From assembly GCA_001552015.1 (NCBI GenBank), contig CP010514.1, positions 210,001-242,000 on the forward strand: a stretch of DNA of 32,000 bases, in the 5' to 3' direction. Under the pieces are notes generated by a model. That model made no database searches. It was not told the DNA's origin and was given only the letters and a program-made list of their open reading frames with translations. The DNA comes from Candidatus Nanopusillus acidilobi. GTDB lineage: Archaea; Nanobdellota; Nanobdellia; Nanobdellales; Nanobdellaceae. Below are positions 7,721-15,623 of this stretch, piece by piece. The position numbers were made by a program, and so were the translations under genes. Every line of letters starts with the position of its first letter. Position 1 is the stretch's first letter.

Positions 7721-9972
7721 AGATTAATAGAATAAAATTAGAGAATTTTAAAATACATAAAAATTTAGAGATCAATTTTGATGAAAAAAATATAATAATA
7801 GGAGAAAATGGGGTTGGAAAAACTTCTATATTCCATGCAATATTATTTGGATTATTTGGAAAAGATTCTTTACCTAGTATAAATATATCAAATGTATCAT
7901 CTTTAATAAGGACTGGTTCATATAATTTAAATGTAGAATTGGAAATATCTAATGGAAATACTTTATATAAAATAATAAGATCTTCAAATAATAATGGAGA
8001 ATCAAAGGTAATATTATATGAAGGAAATAGTGTTATAGCTTCAGGACCTGATATTGTTAATAAAAAAATAAAGGAAATATTGAATATAAATAGGGTTGAG
8101 AAATTTACAGATGTATTATATATAAAACAGGGGGATTTGGGAAGATATATTAATTTATCTGGAAAAATTGAATTAACAAAATTATTAGAAAAAATATTTG
8201 ATATAGAATATTATTCTTTAATATTAAAAATAGTTGAAGGATTAATAAAAGACTTAGAAAAGGAAAAAGAATATGAAGAAAAAGAAAAGGGCCTATTATT
8301 AAAAGATATAGAATTATATAAAAATATCTTTGGTGATAGAGATATTGAAAAATTATTAGAAGAAATTAATAAATATTTGGAATTAAAGAAAGTAAGAGAT
8401 AATATATATAAAGATTATTTAGAGTTAAAAACATTGGAAAGCAGCATAGATTATAATTTATTAACTCAGGAAAATTATTTAAATCAAAAGGAAAAAGAAT
8501 ATGAAGAAAAAGAAAAGGAACTATATGATAATATATTAAATCTTGAATCTGAAAGAAAAAATCTTAAATATGAAAATTATTCAAAAGAATTATTGAATAG
8601 TTCTTTAGAATATTTAGAAAGTAGAAAAAAGGAATTAGAATTTTTGGAAAATGTTGATGAAAAAGAATTAGAATATAGGTTAAAAGAATTAAAAGAAGTT
8701 TATTCTAGTATAGATAAATATATAGAATATAAAAATGTAGAAAATGAAATAAAAAATATAGAAAATAAAAAGAAAGAATTGGAAAATAATATAATAATTT
8801 TAGAAAATAAAATAAAAGAAGAAGAAGAATATTTAAATATATTAAATAGAGAAATATCAGAATGTCCTGTATGTAAAAGAGCCTTAGATGAAGATTTGCA
8901 TAAAAAATTGTTAAATCAATATAAAGAAAGTTTGGAAAAAGATAAAGAAAATTTAAGTAAATTAAAAAATGAAAAGAATAATTTAGATAAATTATATCAG
9001 GAAATAGAAAATAAATATAAGTATTTTTTATACATTCAGGGAAAAATTAAAGATAAAGTAAATTTGTTAGATATTGAAAATGAAAAAATAAGAATTGAAA
9101 AAGAGATCAATGAAATAAATTATAAAGTAAATCAAATAAATGAATATAAGATAATAAAGGATACAATAAATTATATAAAGAAAAATGAACTGGATAAAGT
9201 AATAGATAATTTAAGAAAAGAATATCAAAATATAAAAAATGAGATAAATAATATTAAATATTCTTTAATGAAGATAGATAATATGAAAAGGAATTTAGAA
9301 AAAATAAAAGATATATATAAAAGGAATAATTTGAATTCAATAAATGAGTTTGAAAATAAATTAAATGAACTTGATAAAGAAATAAAGAAATATGAAAATC
9401 TAAAACCAGAATTGGTAAAAAATTATAAAGAAAAATTAAATATGTATAATAGTATAAATGAAAAATTAAAGAATATAAGTAAAAATATAAATAATTTGAG
9501 ATCCCTATATAATGTTCTATTAAAATATATAGAAGTTAATAGAGAGAAACTATCTAAAAATCTAGAAAATGCATTTAAATTCTATTTTAAGAAATTATAT
9601 AGATATCAAGATATTATAGATGTTGGAATAGATATAAAGGAAAGTAAAGTAAAGGATGAGAAATTATTTTATATTTATGTAATTAAAAATATTGATGGAA
9701 AAAGTATTAAAAAGTATATTGATGAGGCTGGATTAAGCGGAGGACAAATAAAAATATTGGATTTGGCATTAAGATTAGCAATTGCTTCTATACTAAATCT
9801 AAATATTAATGTACTATTGTTAGATGAACCTACAGAATCTTTAGATGAGAATATGAGATTATCTTTAGCCCAATTAATATCTAGCTTAAATAATTATCAA
9901 GTAATATTATGTACACATGATGATTTGTTTAAAGATAATGTTGAAGGAAAAATAATCGAAATTAAAAGGTAA
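7717..9972 (+). CDS. rad50: DNA double-strand break repair ATPase Rad50
   Basis: N-terminal Walker A IIGENGVGKTSIFHAILFGLFGK, long K/E/N-rich coiled coil, zinc hook CPVC (ISECPVCKRAL), ABC signature LSGGQ, Walker B LLLDEPTESLD, and D-loop/His-loop LCTHD. Confidence 0.95.
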   Translation: MKINRIKLENFKIHKNLEINFDEKNIIIGENGVGKTSIFHAILFGLFGKDSLPSINISNVSSLIRTGSYNLNVELEISNGNTLYKIIRSSNNNGESKVILYEGNSVIASGPDIVNKKIKEILNINRVEKFTDVLYIKQGDLGRYINLSGKIELTKLLEKIFDIEYYSLILKIVEGLIKDLEKEKEYEEKEKGLLLKDIELYKNIFGDRDIEKLLEEINKYLELKKVRDNIYKDYLELKTLESSIDYNLLTQENYLNQKEKEYEEKEKELYDNILNLESERKNLKYENYSKELLNSSLEYLESRKKELEFLENVDEKELEYRLKELKEVYSSIDKYIEYKNVENEIKNIENKKKELENNIIILENKIKEEEEYLNILNREISECPVCKRALDEDLHKKLLNQYKESLEKDKENLSKLKNEKNNLDKLYQEIENKYKYFLYIQGKIKDKVNLLDIENEKIRIEKEINEINYKVNQINEYKIIKDTINYIKKNELDKVIDNLRKEYQNIKNEINNIKYSLMKIDNMKRNLEKIKDIYKRNNLNSINEFENKLNELDKEIKKYENLKPELVKNYKEKLNMYNSINEKLKNISKNINNLRSLYNVLLKYIEVNREKLSKNLENAFKFYFKKLYRYQDIIDVGIDIKESKVKDEKLFYIYVIKNIDGKSIKKYIDEAGLSGGQIKILDLALRLAIASILNLNINVLLLDEPTESLDENMRLSLAQLISSLNNYQVILCTHDDLFKDNVEGKIIEIKR
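8260..8290 (+). repeat. Copy 1 of a perfect 31-nt direct repeat inside the rad50 coiled coil
   Basis: aaggaaaaagaatatgaagaaaaagaaaagg occurs again at 8488-8518, 228 nt (76 codons) away and in frame. It encodes KEKEYEEKEK both times. Confidence 0.85.
8488..8518 (+). repeat. Copy 2 of the perfect 31-nt direct repeat inside the rad50 coiled coil
   Basis: Identical to 8260-8290 by direct reading of the sequence. Confidence 0.85.
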
Positions 9973-10303
9973 TTATTGCATATCCATGATCTACTAATTT
10001 ATTAAATTCTTCATATGAAAATATTTTATCTTTATATATTAATTTTTCTTCTGGTATATTAAATTTCATCATACATTTTTCGCATGCATATATGTTTATA
10101 TTTAAATTTTTTATATCCTCTAAATGTTTAGATATAATTAAATTATATTCTTCATTTTCTTTATTTAATGCTTTAATTCCTTCTAAAGTAAAACAAATTT
10201 TTATATCTTCTGCTCCGCTCATTTTTAATACTTTTGAAAATTCTAATGCCATTTCTATTGTACTTTTATCTTCTTTTGTCAATAATATTAAATATTTTGC
10301 CAT
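9962..10303 (-). CDS. DsrE/DsrF-like family protein (113 aa)
   Basis: Size and pattern fit the DsrE/TusD fold: KYLILLTKED..., central FTLEGIKAL, Cys-bearing strand IYACEKCMMKFNI (CxxC), and C-terminal YAIITF. The 3' end overlaps the rad50 3' end convergently. Confidence 0.5.
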   Translation of the reverse strand: MAKYLILLTKEDKSTIEMALEFSKVLKMSGAEDIKICFTLEGIKALNKENEEYNLIISKHLEDIKNLNINIYACEKCMMKFNIPEEKLIYKDKIFSYEEFNKLVDHGYAIITF

Positions 10304-10331
10304 AGAAATATAACAATGTTATTATTTATAA

Positions 10332-11213
10332 ATGTTTAAGCGTTTATTTCAAAATATTATAATGATATATAAAGTTAGAACATATGTACAAGGATTTGAT
10401 GAAATATTATATGGAGGAATACCTGATAGAAATGTAGTATTATTAAGTGGAGGACCTGGTACAGGAAAATCTATTTTAGGTAAACAGTTTTTATATAATG
10501 GATTAAAAAATAATGAAAATGGAGTATTTGTTGCATTGGAAGAGCATCCAGTAACTGTTAGAAGGAGTTTTAAGAATTTTGGATGGGATATATCAAAATA
10601 TGAGGAAGAAGGAAAAATAGCAATTGTAGATGCATTTACTGGTGGAACTGGTACCGCAGCTCAAAGAGAAAAATATCTAGTAAAAGATTTAGATAATATA
10701 CATGAATTATTAGATGTAGTAAGACAAGCAATAAAAGATACAAATGCAAAAAGAGTTGTTGTAGATTCTGTTTCTACATTATATTTAACAAAACCAGCAA
10801 TGGCAAGATCTATAGTAATGTCATTAAAAAGATTGATTGCAGGTTTAGGGTGTACTGCAATATTTGTCTCACAAATTTCTGTTGGTGAGAGAGGATTTGG
10901 TGGACCTGGAGTTGAACATGCAGTAGATGGAATTGTGAGAATGGATTTAGATGAGATAGATGGAAAATTATATAGATCAATTATTGTATGGAAGATGAGA
11001 GATACAAAACATAGTTTATTAAGACATCCAATGCAAATAGATGAAAATGGAATAAAAATTGAATGGGATAAATATATTAGAATAGGAATCAATAATGTAA
11101 AAATAGACAATATACCTCAAGAAATGATTGAAGAAATAAATAAAGCCATGCAAGAAGTTGAGAAATATTCAGAATATAAAAAGAGTAATGTTCAAGAATT
11201 TGAAGAAGAATAA
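10332..11213 (+). CDS. KaiC-like / RadA-paralog single-domain ATPase
   Basis: [39 protein letters not shown] (Walker A), [11 protein letters not shown] (Walker B strand), [35 protein letters not shown]. The Met at 10362 ([13 protein letters not shown]) may be the true start, because the divergent DsrE-like gene starts at 10303. Confidence 0.85.
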   Translation: MFKRLFQNIIMIYKVRTYVQGFDEILYGGIPDRNVVLLSGGPGTGKSILGKQFLYNGLKNNENGVFVALEEHPVTVRRSFKNFGWDISKYEEEGKIAIVDAFTGGTGTAAQREKYLVKDLDNIHELLDVVRQAIKDTNAKRVVVDSVSTLYLTKPAMARSIVMSLKRLIAGLGCTAIFVSQISVGERGFGGPGVEHAVDGIVRMDLDEIDGKLYRSIIVWKMRDTKHSLLRHPMQIDENGIKIEWDKYIRIGINNVKIDNIPQEMIEEINKAMQEVEKYSEYKKSNVQEFEEE

Positions 11214-11351
11214 TTAAAAAGGTTAAATATCTTTTTTGATTATCTGTTGATCTTATTATATTATATGATTTGCTAAGAAATATATTCTTATATTAGTAAG
11301 AAAATATATCAAATATGAAGGTCTATATATTTTAAAGAATTTTATTTATAC

Positions 11352-12602
11352 ATGATATATAAATTTTTTAATCTAATGTTAATATTACTTATCGGTATTT
11401 TTGCAGGTATTGTAGGTTCTATAACAGGTCTGGGTGGCGGAGCGATTATTTCTCCAATTTTAACAATATTCCTAAATTATCCATTATATTTGACAATTGG
11501 AATATCTTTATTATCTACTATTTCTACATCTTTATCTTCATCTTTAACATATATAAAGAAAAAAATTACTAATGATAATATAGCAATTAGTTTATTAACA
11601 GCTACAACTTTTGGTGCTATATTTGGATTTCTTTTAAATAACTATTTATATACGCATAATTTATTTTTTATTGTATATATAATATTTGGAGTTGTATTAT
11701 TATTATCTTCAACATTTTTGATAATAAAGAATTTAAAAGAGAAATATTATCCATCAAAGCCTGATGAATCTACATATTTCTTTAATTTATTTGGAAAATA
11801 TGAAGAAAAAGGAAAAATAATATATTATGATGGAGTAAGATGGATTTATGGATGGATTGTTATGTTATTTGCAGGTTTTGTTTCTGGTTTATTAGGAATT
11901 GGTTCAGGGATATTAAAAGTTTTGGGAATGGATTTAATAATGAATTTGCCAATAAAAGTAAGTACTACTACTAGTAATTTTATGATAGGAGTAACTGCTG
12001 ATACATCTTCAATTTTATACCTCAAAGCTGGTTATATAGACTTTATTTTATTGCCTTTCCTTACTTTAGGGGTTTTAATTGGTTCAAGGATCGGAACTAG
12101 ATTATTAATTAAATTAAAGGATAATATAATAAGATTCATTTTTATAACATTTATATCATATTTAGGTGCAAGATTATTATTAGAAGGTTTGAATATTAAT
12201 AATCTACTTTATTCGTTATTGGTTGCTTTTTTAGTCTCTTTAATTTCATTTATATTATTAAAAAAGGTAAAATTTAAAGAAAAAGAAGAAGAAAAATTAA
12301 ATTTTGAAAAATATATTAAAGAAGATGATGTTTTTATTAACAAAATGTATAAGTTTCAAAAAATTGCACTCATAGTATTATTTATTCTAAATATTTTAGC
12401 TATAATATATTATTTATTAACAGAAAATATCTTATTATCATATATTTATTATTTTATTTTGATTTCTGTACCATTTATAGAAGTTTTAATGGAACTAAAG
12501 AAATATCTTAATGAAAATAATATATTATATATAGCATTATCAACAATCATAATAATTAATTTAACATTAGGTATGTTTATTTTACCATTTTTAATTTTAT
12601 AA
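11352..12602 (+). CDS. TauE/SafE (DUF81) family anion-exporter-like membrane protein with an extra C-terminal membrane domain
   Basis: Two TauE-type half repeats: GIFAGIVGSITGLGGGAIISPIL and FAGFVSGLLGIGSGILKVLGMDLIMNLP. After a charged linker (KKVKFKEKEEEKLNFEKYIKEDD) come about 3 more TM helices (residues ~330-416). Confidence 0.75.
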   Translation: MIYKFFNLMLILLIGIFAGIVGSITGLGGGAIISPILTIFLNYPLYLTIGISLLSTISTSLSSSLTYIKKKITNDNIAISLLTATTFGAIFGFLLNNYLYTHNLFFIVYIIFGVVLLLSSTFLIIKNLKEKYYPSKPDESTYFFNLFGKYEEKGKIIYYDGVRWIYGWIVMLFAGFVSGLLGIGSGILKVLGMDLIMNLPIKVSTTTSNFMIGVTADTSSILYLKAGYIDFILLPFLTLGVLIGSRIGTRLLIKLKDNIIRFIFITFISYLGARLLLEGLNINNLLYSLLVAFLVSLISFILLKKVKFKEKEEEKLNFEKYIKEDDVFINKMYKFQKIALIVLFILNILAIIYYLLTENILLSYIYYFILISVPFIEVLMELKKYLNENNILYIALSTIIIINLTLGMFILPFLIL

Positions 12603-12634
12603 ATTATTATAATCTTTTAATAATGAAAATACTT

Positions 12635-13282
12635 TTATAAAAAGTTAAGTATACTTTTTTGATTTTCTCCTCTTATTTTTTTAATTGTCATCCATGATTC
12701 TCTAATATAATCTTTTAATATCTCATAATTTTCTTTTATTGCTTTAATTGTTCTTTCGTCAGCCGGATATCCAGATCCAAAATCAATATGTATTTTTTCT
12801 TTAATCTTATCAATTTCTTTATCTCTTATAACCTTTGCAATAATTGAAGCTGCAGATACTATAGGATAATTTTTGTCTGCTTTATTTTCTGCAATTATTT
12901 CAACATTTATTTTTAAATTATTTTTTATATATTCTATTACTTTTTTTGTATTAACCATTGGGGAATCAATTATTACTTTATCTGGTTTTATTTCTTCAAT
13001 TATCTTTATCATATTTTCAAATTCTAAATAATTTAATCTATTTTTATATACATAATAATCTATTGTTTTTGGACCTATTATTATATATTTATATTTATCT
13101 GTTAACTTTATTATTTCATTATATATTTCTTCTCTTTGTTTTCTTGTTAATTCTTTAGAATCTCTAACACCTAAAGATTTTAATAATTCAATTTTTTCTT
13201 CTTCAATACAATAACCAGCAATTACCATTGGTCCAATTACAGGCCCCCTTCCAGCTTCATCAATTCCTAATATTAATTTCAT
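12635..13282 (-). CDS. rnhB: Ribonuclease HII
   Basis: ILGIDEAGRGPVIGPMVIAG (DEAGRG catalytic motif), VRDSKELT, IIDSPMV, PIVSAASIIAKVIRD, GSGYPAD. The start overlaps the cbf5 stop (ATGA). Confidence 0.93.
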   Translation of the reverse strand: MKLILGIDEAGRGPVIGPMVIAGYCIEEEKIELLKSLGVRDSKELTRKQREEIYNEIIKLTDKYKYIIIGPKTIDYYVYKNRLNYLEFENMIKIIEEIKPDKVIIDSPMVNTKKVIEYIKNNLKINVEIIAENKADKNYPIVSAASIIAKVIRDKEIDKIKEKIHIDFGSGYPADERTIKAIKENYEILKDYIRESWMTIKKIRGENQKSILNFL

Positions 13283-14322
13283 TGTGTACTAGATTTTTTC
13301 CATACTCTTGGATATAAGCCTCTTTTTATAACAACCCTATCAATATCAACTGCAATACCTTTTTCAGAATTTAAAATTTTTTCAGAATCCATTAATGCAG
13401 TTCCATATGCAACTATTTCCCCCTTTAATGTAAATATTGTTACTAAATCTCCTTCTTTTATATTTGAGTATAATTTTGATATTCCTTTTACTGTTAGGTT
13501 TGCTCCATGTGCAATTGCATCTACTGCAGTATCTAATATCCAAATTTTCTTTGTATGATCTGCTGCAACTTCTGCTGGTAGAAAGACTCTTCTTATATAT
13601 TTTTCATTATTTTCATTTCTCCAAAACCATATTGAGTCAACTATATCTTGTAAAGTAGATAAAGGATATTTTTCAGAATCTTCTTTTAGTTCTCCAACCC
13701 TGATTCTTCTTAATTGCTGCATATGTGCTTTTGTTCCTAAAGCTTTTCCTATATCATCTATTAATTTTCTTATATATACTCCAGCCTCTGTTGCAATTTG
13801 TAATAACCAATCCCTACCATCAATTTCTAATACTTTTATACAATAAACATTTTTTTCTCTAGGAACTTTTTTTACTGCAGATTTTAATGGAGGTTTTTGA
13901 ATAATCTTTCCTTGGAATTTATTTAGTACTTCATATACTTTATTTTCATCAATATCACTATGTATATGCATCCATGCTATATATTCTTTTCCAGCAGTTA
14001 GCAATAATTTTAATACTTTTGTTCCTCTTCCAATTCCTATTGGTAATACTCCAGTTACTTTTGGATCCAATGTACCTGAATGTCCAGCTTTTTTATTTAA
14101 AATATTTTTTATCCATCCAGAAACCTGATGTGATGTAGGTCCTTTTGGTTTATCTAAATTAATAATTGAGAAATCTAACAATTCATCTATTGGTCTTTTC
14201 CATGGATCATAACCATATTTTTCATTTGTTTCTTCTTCTCTTTTAACAAGGATTTCATATTTTTCTTTTTCATATGGTAATTTACAATATTCTACCATAA
14301 GATTTTGATAATAAAAACTCAT
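13279..14322 (-). CDS. cbf5: H/ACA RNP pseudouridine synthase Cbf5 (TruB family with PUA domain)
   Basis: INLDKPKGPTSHQVSGWIKNIL, KAGHSGTLDPKVTGVLPIGIGRGTK (catalytic Asp motif), IQKPPLKSAVKK, and a C-terminal PUA-like segment (VDAIAHGANLTVKGI...GDLVTIFTLKGEIVAYGTA). Confidence 0.93.
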   Translation of the reverse strand: MSFYYQNLMVEYCKLPYEKEKYEILVKREEETNEKYGYDPWKRPIDELLDFSIINLDKPKGPTSHQVSGWIKNILNKKAGHSGTLDPKVTGVLPIGIGRGTKVLKLLLTAGKEYIAWMHIHSDIDENKVYEVLNKFQGKIIQKPPLKSAVKKVPREKNVYCIKVLEIDGRDWLLQIATEAGVYIRKLIDDIGKALGTKAHMQQLRRIRVGELKEDSEKYPLSTLQDIVDSIWFWRNENNEKYIRRVFLPAEVAADHTKKIWILDTAVDAIAHGANLTVKGISKLYSNIKEGDLVTIFTLKGEIVAYGTALMDSEKILNSEKGIAVDIDRVVIKRGLYPRVWKKSSTQ

Positions 14323-14483
14323 ATATATACAACTTTGAATTTTTATGTATTTATTAATAAATTTTTCTATTTATTACTAATGGATTGTCATATTATTTTA
14401 TGATATGGATGTATTTTTGTATTAAAAATATAATATACGAGCTTTTAGATATAAATAAAAGGCAGTAGAAATGATAAATTTTG

Positions 14484-14495
14484 AAGAATAAAAAA
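14484..14495 (-). terminator. Oligo-T tract immediately after the uS4 stop (candidate archaeal terminator)
   Basis: On the minus strand the TAA stop is followed directly by TTTTTTATTCTT. Oligo-T tracts act as archaeal termination signals, but T-runs are common in a genome this AT-rich. Confidence 0.3.
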
Positions 14496-15059
14496 TTATT
14501 GTGAAGATTGATTAACTTCTTGTGTGGTTTCTTCTTTATTTTCTTCCTTACTTATATTTTGACCTAATAGTTTTTCTTTATTTATATTTGAATAAGGATT
14601 ATAACCTATTTTATCTTCTTCATCAACTTTTACTAAATAACCTGGGGAAGATATTACTTTATCACCTATAACAATATGTCTATGTACAATTAATTGTCTT
14701 GCTTGTTTTATTGTTTTTGCTAAACCCTTTCTAAATACAATTGTTTGTAATCTTCTTTCCAATATTTCTCTTACTGTTATGTTTAAAGCTTCGCTTATAT
14801 CAGAATTTTTATTTAATAATCCCAATTTAATTAATCTATTCTTTAATTTTTCTTCTTCTTTTGATACATCTACTCCAGCAGCTTTTTTAGCATTTAGATA
14901 TCTAACATAGAATCTTATTCTTCTAGCGATTGTAGAAGCTTTCCATATTTCTCTTTTATTTTTTAATCCATATTGTTTTAATAATTGCCTTTCTTCTTCT
15001 ATTCTATCCTTTTGCCATAGATGTCCTGGACTTTCCCAAGTTTTTCTATTTCTCCACAT
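14496..15059 (-). CDS. rps4: 30S ribosomal protein uS4 (S4/S9e type)
   Basis: RKTWESPGHLWQKDRIEEERQLLKQYGLKNKREIWKA, and S4 RNA-binding domain RLQTIVFRKGLAKTIKQARQLIVHRHIVIGDKVISSPGYLV. Confidence 0.93.
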   Translation of the reverse strand: MWRNRKTWESPGHLWQKDRIEEERQLLKQYGLKNKREIWKASTIARRIRFYVRYLNAKKAAGVDVSKEEEKLKNRLIKLGLLNKNSDISEALNITVREILERRLQTIVFRKGLAKTIKQARQLIVHRHIVIGDKVISSPGYLVKVDEEDKIGYNPYSNINKEKLLGQNISKEENKEETTQEVNQSSQ

Positions 15060-15060
15060 T

Positions 15061-15573
15061 TTATTCTTTATTTTCAGATTTTTGTTGGGCCCTTAATTCT
15101 TTACTTTTTACTACACCAATAGTAGAACCTTTTCTATGATGTGATCTTGTTTTTTGTCCTCTAACAGGTAATCTATAAGTATGTCTAATTCCTTTCCATG
15201 TTTTTAATTCAATTTCTCTCTTTATATCCATTTTTACTTGAATTTCCCAATCAGGTCCTACTAAATGTTTATCCTGACCATCTTTAGGATCTCTTCTCCT
15301 ATTTAGTATCCAGTAAGGTATACCATAATTTTGTGGTCTTTTTAAACAATCTTCTAATTTTTCTAATTCTTCATCTGTTAAAGATCCTAAAGCTTGCCAT
15401 TTATTTATCTTTAATACACTACATGCAGCATTAGCAAATCTCCAGTTTACACCAGGTATTTTTCTTAATTCTACAATTATAGGTTTATGTCCATCTAATT
15501 CTACTCCTACAATACGTATAACATCCTTTAGTGTACTTCCTTCAGGTATTATTACTTTAAGTGCACCAGGCAT
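15061..15573 (-). CDS. rps13: 30S ribosomal protein uS13
   Basis: IRIVGVELDGHKPIIVELRKIPGV, GIPYWILNRRRDPKDGQDKHLVG, WKGIRHTYRLPVRGQKTRSHHRKGSTIGV. The listed ORF starts at 15621, but the first 16 codons (MYIYNILLNIFYLNIL) look non-coding, so the start is placed at MPGALKV (15573). Confidence 0.9.
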   Translation of the reverse strand: MPGALKVIIPEGSTLKDVIRIVGVELDGHKPIIVELRKIPGVNWRFANAACSVLKINKWQALGSLTDEELEKLEDCLKRPQNYGIPYWILNRRRDPKDGQDKHLVGPDWEIQVKMDIKREIELKTWKGIRHTYRLPVRGQKTRSHHRKGSTIGVVKSKELRAQQKSENKE

Positions 15574-15623
15574 TAAAATATTTAGATAAAAAATGTTTAA
15601 AAGTATATTATAAATATACATCT
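15574..15623. promoter_or_regulatory. 50-bp divergent promoter region between rps13 and the herA-like gene
   Basis: Only 50 bp separate the two likely start codons. The region has TATA-like runs (tattataaatata; on the other strand tttataatata). This implies very short or absent 5' leaders. Exact boxes cannot be assigned in DNA this AT-rich. Confidence 0.3.

Noticed and set aside
14323-14495. Possible small RNA (C/D box or H/ACA guide) or rps11 remnant in the longest intergenic spacer, next to cbf5.
   Set aside because: I found no canonical C box (RUGAUGA) paired with a D box (CUGA) on either strand, no ACA-terminated hairpin and no GC-rich stems. At 173 bp it is too short for rps11. It more likely holds the uS4 terminator and the cbf5 promoter. 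A covariance-model scan would be needed to exclude an sRNA.
15561-15623. N-terminal extensions of the listed ORFs starting at 15561 (+), 15621 (-) and 23774 (+, TTG start).
   Set aside because: The extensions would make the divergent genes overlap each other's coding starts. They encode implausible peptides (MHQALKYLDKKCLKVYYKYTS, MYIYNILLNIFYLNIL, MNLCSYYYKITIYFHMYFLY) ahead of Met codons that align with the conserved family N-termini.
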